DNA of 64,000 bases from Prevotella sp. (GCA_017483185.1 JAFULM010000011.1:9240-73239), one strand, 5' to 3'; positions 1 through 9,053 are shown, numbered from the stretch's first letter. Notes: generated by a model not told the origin, from the sequence alone. Numbers and translations: made by a program.

Positions 1-45
1 GCAAAAAAAGGCCCGTCAAAATTAGCTGGTAAGGGGAAAATGTAG

Positions 46-53
46 TAACTTTG
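46..53 (+). promoter_or_regulatory. Bacteroidetes sigma-A -7 element (TAACTTTG) upstream of rplS
   Basis: Matches the TAnnTTTG consensus about 95 bp upstream of the rplS start. Confidence 0.6.
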
Positions 54-146
54 CAACCGCTTTTCGGCGTAATCGCTGGCGGGAAGTAACGTGTTGCCCG
101 TTATGTTGCGTTGGAACGATAAGAACAATTTAATTATAAAGTAACA

Positions 147-515
147 ATGAACTTAATTAAAGTTGCTGAGGAAGCATTTGCAACCGGCAAGCAGTTTCCG
201 GAGTTCAAGTCCGGTGACACTGTGACTGTCGCTTACAAAATTATCGAGGGAACCAAGGAGCGTATCCAGCTCTATCGTGGTGTTGTCATCAAGATTGCCG
301 GTCACGGAGACAAGAAGCGCTTCACCGTGCGCAAGATGTCAGGCACTATCGGTGTAGAGCGTATTTTCCCGATCGAGTCGCCCAACATTGACAGCATCGA
401 GGTCAACAAGGTTGGTAAGGTTCGTCGCGCTAAGCTCTACTATCTGCGCAAGCTCACCGGTAAGAAGGCTCGCATCAAGGAGAAGAGAACCGCTGTTGCC
501 GCTACAAAGGCATAA
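147..515 (+). CDS. rplS: 50S ribosomal protein L19
   Basis: Typical L19 motifs [38 protein letters not shown]. Confidence 0.98.
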   Translation: MNLIKVAEEAFATGKQFPEFKSGDTVTVAYKIIEGTKERIQLYRGVVIKIAGHGDKKRFTVRKMSGTIGVERIFPIESPNIDSIEVNKVGKVRRAKLYYLRKLTGKKARIKEKRTAVAATKA

Positions 516-535
516 GTCGGGACGACAGAATATCA

Positions 536-590
536 AAAACGACAAACCGGCAGGCAGTCCGCACGGACTTGCTTGCCGGTTTGTCGTTTT
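536..590 (+). terminator. Intrinsic (probably bidirectional) terminator between rplS and the convergent kinase gene
   Basis: aaaacgacaaaccggcaggcagtcc...ggacttgcttgccggtttgtcgtttt long stem with A/T tails. Confidence 0.8.
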
Positions 591-592
591 AT

Positions 593-648
593 TGACTCTT
601 AATACTTGACTTTTAACTCTTAACTTTTAATTCTTAATTATTAATTCG
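593..648. repeat. Degenerate 7-bp tandem repeat (TAACTTT-like, about 8 units)
   Basis: tgactct taatact tgacttt taactct taacttt taattct taattat taattcg. Confidence 0.7.
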
Positions 649-696
649 GAATGTTTACCAACTTAATTCACAATCCGTAATTCAACATTCCTGATC

Positions 697-2520
697 CTAT
701 TTGGTTGGCAGCGTGACGACGAAGCGTGCTCCGTTCTGGTAGGTTGTGTCCAGTGTCAGGTCGCCGCTGAGCTGTCGTGCGATGTGGCGGGACATGGGCA
801 GGCCGACACCGATGCCTTCGACGGAGTTGTCCACTTTGTAGAAGATGTCGAATATGCGTTTCTGATGGACTTTCTGTATTTCCGGTCCGGTGTCCTCCAC
901 GCTGATGATGATGTTGCTCTTCTGCTTGTCAAAGATGCACTTGAGCTTTATGCTGCCTTCGGCGGTAAACTTGCGGGCGTTGTTGAGCAAGTTTTCGAGT
1001 ATGGTCTCGATGCCCTTATGGCTGCTTGTGATGCAGAAGTCGTCAGGCAGTTCGGTGTCGAAAGACATGCTGATGTTGTCCGGGATGGTCTGCCGATATT
1101 CGTCGTAGACCATTCGGCACAAGTTGTTGACGTTGACTTCGTCCCGTTGTGCGGCATAGCTTTCGCTCTCTTTGGCTGCCACGTAGAGCAGACTATTGAG
1201 GATTTTGACGAGGTTGTCGGAGCTGGAGGTTATGCGGTTGAGTATGTCAGCCTTTTCTTCATCTGAGGGGTTGAAGCCCGGTTGGCATATCAGCTGTGTA
1301 AATCCGGATATGATGTTGAGCGGCGTGCGTATCTCGTGGCTCATGTTCTGGAGGATGTTGCTTTTCAGTCGCTCCGCTTCTTCCGACTTGATGCGCAGTA
1401 TCTCGAGCTCGTTGTTTTTCCGCTTCAGTGTTTTCAGGTTTTCCTTTCTGTTGTATATGACGACGATGAGGAAGAAGATGACAGCCATTGCACCGATGAC
1501 GACCATCAGCATGACTTTGTTTTTCAGCCGTTCTTCGTTTGCCTTGTTGCGCATGGCGTGCATTTCGACGTCATTGGTGGCGTCGTTCAGCTCCTGCATC
1601 ATGATGGTGCTGTTGGTGGAGTCACGGAGATGGACATATCGTTTCTGCGTGTCAAGGGCTTTGTGCAGGTCTCCGGCGAGTTCGTATATGATAGCGGTGA
1701 ACTTGTATTTGTCCAGTCCGCTCAGTGAGTCGGTCCATTTGATGGCTTCGTCATATCTTTCGTCGGCAGCCATTCGTGCCATCATGACGTATGGATGGTA
1801 GATAGTGGAGCACTTGTCGCCATGCGTTTTCAGTATCTGGTCATACTCTTTATATAGTTTTCGGACATGTGCCCAGTCCTTTTGGACGAAAGCGATGATG
1901 ATCTTGATGGCCAAGGCATTGTTGTAGTTGGCCCAGTTGCCGGCATCTTTTGTGATTTTCAGGGCCATGTCGATGTGGGCCAGAGCGGCCTCGGCGTCCG
2001 TGTCCATTTCGGTGTTGGCCAGATCTTCGTATATGTGTATGCGTCTGATGGGGAGTTGGGACTTGCTTTCGTCGAGTGCCCGCTGAAAGCAGACCCTTGC
2101 CATCTCCATGTTGCCCTGCAGCGAATGGATGATGCCGAAGAGATAGCTTGCTTCATAGAGGTAGTCGTTGTCTTTGCGTTTTTTGATTTCGTCGGCCATG
2201 ATGATGGTCTTCCTCAGGGCCTGATAGAAGTTGTTGGCGTTGATGTCGTAGAAGATTTCGTGTTGCCAGCCGAGATAATATTGGTAGGTGTCGCCCACCT
2301 TGTGGTGGTACGCGCGGTAGGCTCTGGTCATGGCGTAGAAGCTGTCCCTGTGTTCGGTGCCGAACAGACGGGCGACCTCTCTGTACAAAGAGTCGCTGAC
2401 CCTTTGGTCCTTTTGGGCGGCCGTCACCACGTCACACCATGAGGTCATGGCGATGATTATGGTGGTCAGCAGTATTATAAATCTTCTATTAGCAGTGTGC
2501 ATCAGTCGGGGTTGTCGCAT
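697..2520 (-). CDS. Sensor histidine kinase with TPR-like periplasmic region and one TM helix
   Basis: H box NMSHEIRTPLN, N box ILENLLNNARKFT, G1 EDTG, G2 GIGVGLPMSR; N-terminal signal/TM and second TM before the kinase core. Confidence 0.9.
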   Translation of the reverse strand: MRQPRLMHTANRRFIILLTTIIIAMTSWCDVVTAAQKDQRVSDSLYREVARLFGTEHRDSFYAMTRAYRAYHHKVGDTYQYYLGWQHEIFYDINANNFYQALRKTIIMADEIKKRKDNDYLYEASYLFGIIHSLQGNMEMARVCFQRALDESKSQLPIRRIHIYEDLANTEMDTDAEAALAHIDMALKITKDAGNWANYNNALAIKIIIAFVQKDWAHVRKLYKEYDQILKTHGDKCSTIYHPYVMMARMAADERYDEAIKWTDSLSGLDKYKFTAIIYELAGDLHKALDTQKRYVHLRDSTNSTIMMQELNDATNDVEMHAMRNKANEERLKNKVMLMVVIGAMAVIFFLIVVIYNRKENLKTLKRKNNELEILRIKSEEAERLKSNILQNMSHEIRTPLNIISGFTQLICQPGFNPSDEEKADILNRITSSSDNLVKILNSLLYVAAKESESYAAQRDEVNVNNLCRMVYDEYRQTIPDNISMSFDTELPDDFCITSSHKGIETILENLLNNARKFTAEGSIKLKCIFDKQKSNIIISVEDTGPEIQKVHQKRIFDIFYKVDNSVEGIGVGLPMSRHIARQLSGDLTLDTTYQNGARFVVTLPTK

Positions 2521-2736
2521 TATTAGATTGCTATGTTTTGCAAAGGTATATAAAATACTCTATAAGAAACGGCTTTTGGTGGAGAAAAAGCCGGCGAGTC
2601 ATGATATTTTTTTCTTCCAACATCCCGGCATAAACTTCAGACAATGTCCACGACTGGTATTGTCGGACCCGTGCAGTGGTTGTATGACGCAATGGCGGCC
2701 GTGCCATCGCCACAGATGCCACGTGCGGGGTGCGGT

Positions 2737-2925
2737 CTACTTGTGTCTGTTGGCCCGCTGCTCGCGATATTTTGCTTTCTGTTTGGCCGAGCCGCTGCCG
2801 TGAGCGCCGGTGATATACTTTTTCTTCTTTGCCTTGGTCTTTACCTTGCCGTTGTTGTCAGCGTTCTCCTTGCGTGCGGGGCGAAAGACGATGCCGCCGC
2901 CTGCGATGATGTCGTCGATGTCCAT
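2737..2925 (-). CDS. Small basic hypothetical protein
   Basis: 62-aa ORF with host-like codon usage downstream of purH; Lys/Arg-rich C-terminus KKKKYITGAHGSGSAKQKAKYREQRANRHK. Confidence 0.55.
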   Translation of the reverse strand: MDIDDIIAGGGIVFRPARKENADNNGKVKTKAKKKKYITGAHGSGSAKQKAKYREQRANRHK

Positions 2926-2930
2926 GTCGG

Positions 2931-2958
2931 AATGGTGAGTGGTGAATGGTGAGTGGAT
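2931..2958. repeat. 7-bp tandem repeat (ARTGGTG, 4 units)
   Basis: aatggtg agtggtg aatggtg agtggat. Confidence 0.6.
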
Positions 2959-3057
2959 GGGAGAGGGGAGGGAAAGTGTCGCTCCCCGCTCCCCTCTTCG
3001 CGTTCCTTAATCTTATAGTGGTTTTGTCTGTCGGCCGGGCTGGAGTCCGGCGCCAGA

Positions 3058-4239
3058 TCAGTGGTGGAACAGGCGGACGCCGGTGAAGGCCATTGCTATG
3101 CCGTATTTGTCGCACGTCTCGATGACGTTGTCGTCACGCACCGAACCGCCGGCCTGTGCTATGTAGCGCACACCGCTCTTGTGGGCGCGCTCGATGTTGT
3201 CGCCGAAGGGGAAGAAGGCGTCGCTGCCGAGGGCCACATCCGTATTCTTGGCGATCCACTCCTGCTTCTCTTCCATCGTCAGCACCTCGGGGCGCTCCTT
3301 GAAGAGGCGCTGCCATGTGCCGTCGCGCAGGACGTCATCGTGCTCCTCGCTGATATATACGTCAATCGTGTTGTCACGGTCGGCGCGGCGGATACCGTCG
3401 ACGAAGGGCAGACCCATCACCTTCGGGTGCTGGCGCAACCACCAGATGTCAGCCTTCGAACCGGCCAGACGGGTGCAGTGGATGCGGCTCTGCTGGCCGG
3501 CGCCGATGCCGATGGCCTGACCGTCTTTGGCGTAGCAGACGGAGTTGCTCTGGGTATATTTGAGCGTGATGAGGGCGATGAGCAGGTCGCGGCGCGCCTC
3601 GGGTGTGAAGTCCTTGGCCTGAGTGGGAATGTTCTCAAACAGGGCCGGGTCGCTCAGGTCGATTTCGTTGCGCCCCTGTTCGAAGGTGACGCCGAACACC
3701 TGTTTGCGCTCGACCGGCTCCGGAACGTAGTCGGGATCGATCTTGATGACATTGTATGTCCCCTTGCGCTTGTCCTTCAGGATTTCGATCGCCTCGGGAG
3801 TATAGTCGGGGGCAATCACGCCGTCGCTGACCTCACGCTTGATGAGCGTTGCCGTGGCGGCGTCGCACGTGTCGCTCAGAGCGACAAAATCGCCGTAGGA
3901 GCTCATGCGGTCGGCACCGCGGGCACGGGCGTACGCACATGCTATCGGCGAAAGCTCCATCTTGATGTCATCCACGAAGTATATCTTCTTGAGCGTGTCG
4001 CTCAGTGGCAGTCCGACAGCGGCTCCGGCGGGAGACACGTGCTTGAACGACGCTGCGGCGGCCAGACCCGTGGCGGCCTTGAGCTCGCGCACGAGCTGCC
4101 AGCTGTTGAGCGCGTCCAGCAGGTTGATGTAGCCCGGACGGCCGTTGATGACTTCGATGGGTAGCTCGCCCTCGGTCATGAATATGCGTGAGGGCTTCTG
4201 GTTAGGATTGCATCCGTACTTCAGTGTTAATTCTTTCAT
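3058..4239 (-). CDS. purH: AICAR transformylase (phosphoribosylaminoimidazolecarboxamide formyltransferase), short form lacking the N-terminal IMP cyclohydrolase domain
   Basis: LKYGCNPNQ, SFKHVSPAGAAVG, KYTQSNSV, GIGAGQQSRIHCTRLAG, SDAFFPFGDN, AMAFTGVRLFHH. Confidence 0.92.
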   Translation of the reverse strand: MKELTLKYGCNPNQKPSRIFMTEGELPIEVINGRPGYINLLDALNSWQLVRELKAATGLAAAASFKHVSPAGAAVGLPLSDTLKKIYFVDDIKMELSPIACAYARARGADRMSSYGDFVALSDTCDAATATLIKREVSDGVIAPDYTPEAIEILKDKRKGTYNVIKIDPDYVPEPVERKQVFGVTFEQGRNEIDLSDPALFENIPTQAKDFTPEARRDLLIALITLKYTQSNSVCYAKDGQAIGIGAGQQSRIHCTRLAGSKADIWWLRQHPKVMGLPFVDGIRRADRDNTIDVYISEEHDDVLRDGTWQRLFKERPEVLTMEEKQEWIAKNTDVALGSDAFFPFGDNIERAHKSGVRYIAQAGGSVRDDNVIETCDKYGIAMAFTGVRLFHH

Positions 4240-4316
4240 AAGTCTGTCTTACTGTGGGAAACCTATTGATTATCTGCTGCAAAGTTAATGATTTCCCGCG
4301 ATATACGCAAATGAAT

Positions 4317-4417
4317 GTCGAATGTTGAGTGCTGCCCGGCTGTTTGTCGGCTTATATTTCCCTTTGCGTCAAAATCGTGATGGTCGAATGTTGAGTGCAG
4401 CCCGGCTGTTTGTCGGC
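4317..4417. repeat. 35-bp direct repeat, 2 copies, 31-bp spacer
   Basis: gtcgaatgttgagtgc(t/a)gcccggctgtttgtcggc at 4317-4351 and 4383-4417. Confidence 0.85.
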
Positions 4418-4454
4418 CGTAGGCCGCCTTCCTTTTCTCGATATTCGTAATGTT

Positions 4455-4980
4455 TTTTCTGAATTTAAAGCCAAAATCCGGACCCACTTTCCAAAATTTT
4501 TCCGCCGTGCTCTCAAATATTCAAATCTCACGAAGAACATTTTTGCCGATATTTTTCGGCGTCGGAATCGCGATTTTTGCAAACCGCTGTCATACAGCCA
4601 CTTATAAACAGACATCCCCCTCTGACTCCCCCAAAGGGGGAGCTTGGGCTTCCCGTAAGGGCCCCGCGGGGTTGCAACGGGGCTGCTATTGCTTTGCAAC
4701 GGGGCCGCCGTTGCAACATGACGGCGTGCTCGTTGCAACCCCGCGGGGGCCCCGTTGCTCGACGACCACCACTTTTTTGCCCTTTTCCGGCAATCAAAAA
4801 CTCGCGAACTTTTGCAAAAAAGAGGAGCCGTAAGGCCCTTACGGCATCACGAGCGCCTTCTTAGGGGGAGTCAGAGGAGGCTTTGAAAGGGGCTGTCAGA
4901 TCCTTTGAGGCCCTTATTGTTCATGAAAATGCAAATCTTTGCGCATTTTCTCGAATATGATTTTGTAAACATTTATTATA
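4455..4980 (+). repeat. Dispersed ~520-bp element with phased 17-bp palindromes, copy 1
   Basis: Co-linear similarity to 12875-13400 and, inverted, to 35990-36510; palindromes start at 4653, 4675, 4697, 4719, 4741, 4828, 4903. Confidence 0.85.
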
Positions 4981-5251
4981 CATAAAACCACCGGCGACCG
5001 CCTGATATCCTTTGGAAATGTTGGGTGGATTGTGGGTAGGGTGGAGCTTTTCTATATTTCCAAGTAGGGTCCCGTCGCTACCGCCTCCTTGCCTCGTTGT
5101 GGAAAGTCCCTCCTGTGACCTCCCCGAATGGGGGAGGAACTGAGTGGGTGAAGGGAGTTGTTTTTTATTTTTCAACGCAAAGACGCAAAGATGGCGCCGC
5201 CGCGCATACGGAAGTACGCAAAGGGGAGTGTATTAAAATGCAACGGAAGCA

Positions 5252-5465
5252 ACTTGGTAGGGACATATTCTTGTATTTGTCCGCGAAACATGCTCTGAAT
5301 ATCACTACGTTACGAGCGGACAAATACAAGAATATGTCCCTACATTAACTTTGCGTCGGTAAAAAGAAGTAATATAAATCTTTTGAATATGCGGTCAGTT
5401 TCTTACCTTTGTTGTATGAGGAAAGACTGACCGGCCGGAGGATTAAACTTTTGTCCCTACCAAGT
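5252..5465. repeat. Nested inverted-repeat element (candidate invertible promoter or MITE)
   Basis: 14-bp IR acttggtagggaca (5252-5265) / tgtccctaccaagt (5452-5465); 28-bp IR 5257-5284 / 5316-5343. Confidence 0.7.
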
Positions 5466-5547
5466 ATCATGTGTCCATTTTGATACACCCACTTATACAT
5501 ATTCGGCTCTCTTCCTTTGGGGAGGATTACAGGGCGGGGCTTTTCAT

Positions 5548-5596
5548 ATAAAAGGGTGCATCAAAAGCAAGCGGCTTTTGATGCACCCTTTTTATG
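5548..5596 (-). terminator. Hairpin terminator after the TPR gene
   Basis: ataaaagggtgcatcaaaagc...gcttttgatgcacccttttat. Confidence 0.7.
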
Positions 5597-5633
5597 GGAT
5601 AGTGTCACGGTACGCACGACCGTGGATGGTGTG

Positions 5634-7055
5634 TTACTTCTTGTTGGAGATGGTGAGTGCCTGCTTGGCAATCTCGTTCTCGGGGTCAAGCTCGAGAATC
5701 TTGTTCCAGTAGACATCGGCGGCATCGCGGTCGTCCTTCACGAGGTTGAAGTAGCCGAGGTATCTGTAGCACTCGATGAGGCGGGCCTTGTCGCTGGCAC
5801 TCTTCTCGGCGCGTGGCTCGATGATGGCGGCCAACTGCTCGTAGTGGGGCTTGGCGAGACCTTCGGTTGTCTCCGGGTCCATGTAGGAATTGATGCGGGC
5901 AACCCAGAAGATGGAGTATTCCTCGGCATCGGGGAACTTCTCCTTCAGACCGGCGTATGTGCTCTCTGCCTTCTTGAACATGTCCTTGCGGGCGTCTCCT
6001 TCCATTGTGTTGGCGTACTGGGTGTAGAGCTGTGCGAGTCCTACGATGTCATTGGCCTGCGGCTTTTCTACTGATGCCAAGAATTCCTGATATGTCTTGA
6101 TGGCATTCTCGTAGTCGTCGTTCTGCTTGTAGCCTTCGGCGAGCTGCTTGATGACGCCGGCGCGCTTTGTCTTGTCCTCAAAGTTCTGCTCAAGGGCTTT
6201 CTTGTACATGTCGATGGCTTCAGTGTGCTTCTTGGCTCCGCTGAGTGCGTTGCCGTAGTATGTGTAGTCGAAATAGGAGAACTTGGCGCTGTCTGACTTG
6301 TTGAAGAGTGCGTCGGCATAGATGAGCGCGTTGTCATAGTCCTTCAGGTCGGTGCAGCTGAACATGGCGAGACGGTTGAACGCGGCATCGCGTGGATTCT
6401 TCTTGAGTCCGGTCTGCGCGATTTTGAGACTCTCGTCATATTTCTGTGAGAACCACAATGACATGGCGAAACTTGTCAGGTCGGCTTCTTCCATAGCGTT
6501 GATGTCGGCCTTGCGGAAGCTTTCGATGGCTTTGTCAAACTCGTTTGATGAGTAGTAGATGCGGCCTATCATGGCGTCAACGGCGATGTCGGGGCGCTGG
6601 GCACGCAGCTCTTCCAGTTTGTCGACGGCTCCCTGGGGGCTTACCTTGCGGTAGACGTTGGCGTATTTGTAGTAGGCCTCTGGATTCTTCGGGTCGGTGT
6701 AGATAGCCATCTCGTAGTATTTTGCAGCTTCGCCGCCGTCATTGGCGCGTGCGGCCAAGTCTCCCAGCAGGATGTATGCGGGGCTGTATTCCTTTGCCTT
6801 GAGGGCGTACTCGGCATATACTTTGGCGTTCAGTGTGTCCTTGAGGTCGTAGTAGGTGCGGCCGATGCCACAGAGGACTTCTGAGTTCTTTTTGTTCTTC
6901 TTGTATATATCCTTCATTTGTTTGGCTAAATCAGCGGGATTGCTTTTGATGATGTTGGCAATTTCGTCGATTTGTGCCTTGTTGTCTTGAGCAGTTGCGG
7001 GCATGCTGAGGCTCATTAGCATTGCTCCTATAAGTAAATACTTTGTTTTCTTCAT
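5634..7055 (-). CDS. Tetratricopeptide-repeat protein, exported
   Basis: Signal peptide, multiple TPR-like helical repeats, last gene of the exbB/exbD/tonB operon. Confidence 0.85.
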   Translation of the reverse strand: MKKTKYLLIGAMLMSLSMPATAQDNKAQIDEIANIIKSNPADLAKQMKDIYKKNKKNSEVLCGIGRTYYDLKDTLNAKVYAEYALKAKEYSPAYILLGDLAARANDGGEAAKYYEMAIYTDPKNPEAYYKYANVYRKVSPQGAVDKLEELRAQRPDIAVDAMIGRIYYSSNEFDKAIESFRKADINAMEEADLTSFAMSLWFSQKYDESLKIAQTGLKKNPRDAAFNRLAMFSCTDLKDYDNALIYADALFNKSDSAKFSYFDYTYYGNALSGAKKHTEAIDMYKKALEQNFEDKTKRAGVIKQLAEGYKQNDDYENAIKTYQEFLASVEKPQANDIVGLAQLYTQYANTMEGDARKDMFKKAESTYAGLKEKFPDAEEYSIFWVARINSYMDPETTEGLAKPHYEQLAAIIEPRAEKSASDKARLIECYRYLGYFNLVKDDRDAADVYWNKILELDPENEIAKQALTISNKK

Positions 7056-7159
7056 CGTTGTACCTCTTATTATTTTAATTTATTGTATTATTATGACTGT
7101 TTCTGTCGCATTATTCTTTGTCCTCTTTGGACGGTCTTTCTTGCGTTGCCGTGATTTCG

Positions 7160-8122
7160 CTATTCCGTGCTGATGTCTACTTGGCGGACGGTCATATTGC
7201 CTCTGTATGGCAGGAGGCCGGCTTTGTGGATGACGAGCTGGCCGCGGAAGTCGGCAGCAATGAAGTTGACAAATCCCCACGGCAGCCCGTGGATGGGGTC
7301 GTTGAGCAGTGCGTAGATGGTGCGCACGAGGGGGTAGTTGCCATTATATATATAGAATTGGTACGGTTTCCAACTGCTGGCTGCTGTGGCCGGGTGGATT
7401 TTGCTTACCGCCATTACTTTGATATTCTTCTTGAATGTGACATTTGTCGTGTCGCGCTTGTCGTTGAGCCAGTTGGAACCGATTATTCCGATGGAGTTCG
7501 GATGCTTCTCAACGAAGTCAATGACTTCTGCCGATTTCTTCACGGCGTAGATGTTGGGGCTGTTTATGGGCTTGCCGTCGAGGAGCGAGTCCACGCAGAA
7601 GTGGACTGTACTTGACTGCTTGTTGTCGAATGCGACCTCGATGTCGCCTAATTTTGAGTCGGGATACAGCTTGTCCCATTTTGATACCTTGCCGGACAGA
7701 ATGAGCTTGATGTCCTGCACGGAAATGATGGAGTCGGGGTTGTCCTTGTTTACAATCAGTGCCAGACCGTCGTATGCCAATGGCACGGATGCGGGCAGGA
7801 ATCGGCGATCTTTCAGATTTTGGTCTTCCCGGTCTGTAAGTCTGCGTGTGGTGATGGCCAGATGTGTCTGCTCCTTCATGAGCATGTTGACGGCATCCAG
7901 TTCGTTGGTGTATTGAGGAATCAACTTCGCGTTGGGATAAATGTGTTGGAAGACCTCAATTTCTTCCTCGATTATAGGACTGAAACTCTCATCAGAGACG
8001 AACTTAATCGTCCCTGATGAGTAAGTGTCAGTTCTGCCGTTCTTCGGCTTGCGGTTACAAGAGGCCGTAAGGCAAAGAACGAGAGTCAATCCAACTATTG
8101 TGTTGAATAGGTTTTTATTCAT
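7160..8122 (-). CDS. PstS-family substrate-binding lipoprotein
   Basis: Lipobox LTASC; DESFSPII, LAYDGLALIVN, YPLVRTIY as in PBP_like_2 proteins. Confidence 0.85.
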   Translation of the reverse strand: MNKNLFNTIVGLTLVLCLTASCNRKPKNGRTDTYSSGTIKFVSDESFSPIIEEEIEVFQHIYPNAKLIPQYTNELDAVNMLMKEQTHLAITTRRLTDREDQNLKDRRFLPASVPLAYDGLALIVNKDNPDSIISVQDIKLILSGKVSKWDKLYPDSKLGDIEVAFDNKQSSTVHFCVDSLLDGKPINSPNIYAVKKSAEVIDFVEKHPNSIGIIGSNWLNDKRDTTNVTFKKNIKVMAVSKIHPATAASSWKPYQFYIYNGNYPLVRTIYALLNDPIHGLPWGFVNFIAADFRGQLVIHKAGLLPYRGNMTVRQVDISTE

Positions 8123-8190
8123 TTTGCTGTAATAATCGTGTTACAGCTCTGATGTCAGAGCTACATGGTTGTAGTGACTGCGGAATATGC

Positions 8191-9021
8191 TTACTGCAAC
8201 TGGAATGTCACAGGGAGCGTAAACCATACAGGCACAGCCGAACCGTTCTGCTTACCGGGAATCCATCGCGGCATGGCCTTAACCACGCGCAAGGCTTCCT
8301 TGTCGAGTGACGGGTCAACCGAACGAACAACCGATGCGTTGCTGATAGAGCCGTCCTTGCCGACGACGAAACGTACGATGACGCGTCCCTGAACACCGTT
8401 CTCCTCTGCAATGGCCGGATACTTGATGTGACTGCTCAGCCATTCCATCAACTTGGCGTCACCTCCGGGGAATGTAGGCATCTGCTCGACGAAGTCGAAC
8501 GGCTTTTCTTCCTCTTTCGGTTTTTCGTCAGCAATGACTTCCTTGGCCTTCAGCACTTCACCTTCGGCTTCATCGTTACCTTTCACGTCAAACGAACCGA
8601 TGGCAGTTGTTGATTTTGCGAGTTCGTCCTGTGACTTCAACTCGTCCTCGGGCTTTACTTCTTCGTCTTTCTTGATCTCGGGGGCGGTGAACTTCACCGA
8701 GCTCTTGACCTTCTCTACGACTTTCTGCTCCATTTCAACTTTCACGGGTTCCTTGCGCTCAACCTTGGCTTCCTTCTTCTGCGCGAGCTGCGAGAGCTCG
8801 ACGTCAGTGGTGATGGCAACCTTTTTCGGCAGCGCGTTCTGGATGGCTACCTTTGCGATAACGACAACGAATATGAGGGCAATGGTGGCAATGACGATTG
8901 TCAATGCCTGCAAGTTGCGCTTGCCGGTATCCTTGCGGAGTACGTATGCGCCATATTCCTTATTCTTGCCTTCAAAGACGAGCTCGACCCAGTTATTGTC
9001 TATTAGATCTATTTTTGACAT
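8191..9021 (-). CDS. tonB: Energy transducer TonB
   Basis: N-terminal TM; C-terminal TonB domain VEQMPTFPGG...IKYPAIAEENGVQGRVIVRFVV...LDKEALRVV. Confidence 0.93.
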   Translation of the reverse strand: MSKIDLIDNNWVELVFEGKNKEYGAYVLRKDTGKRNLQALTIVIATIALIFVVVIAKVAIQNALPKKVAITTDVELSQLAQKKEAKVERKEPVKVEMEQKVVEKVKSSVKFTAPEIKKDEEVKPEDELKSQDELAKSTTAIGSFDVKGNDEAEGEVLKAKEVIADEKPKEEEKPFDFVEQMPTFPGGDAKLMEWLSSHIKYPAIAEENGVQGRVIVRFVVGKDGSISNASVVRSVDPSLDKEALRVVKAMPRWIPGKQNGSAVPVWFTLPVTFQLQ

Positions 9022-9053
9022 AGTTCTTCTTTTTTAATGTTATTGGCCATTGA

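Noticed and set aside
3061-4164. Long antisense ORFs (367 aa here; also 13486-14817, 37747-39327, 39522-40268)
   Set aside because: Shadow frames of GC3-rich genes that carry clear motifs on the opposite strand
4240-4420. ZMP/ZTP riboswitch upstream of purH
   Set aside because: The gccgac...gggc segment lacks the conserved P1/P3 cores and lies upstream of the apparent -7 promoter, so it would not be in the transcript
4653-4757. CRISPR array interpretation of the 22-bp periodic palindromes
   Set aside because: Spacers are only 5 bp, units are degenerate, and no cas genes are present
4263-5348. Short ORFs across the intergenic repeat region, also 12551-13475 and 35878-37147
   Set aside because: They translate palindromic or tandem repeats on both strands, with no family motifs and no frame conserved between copies
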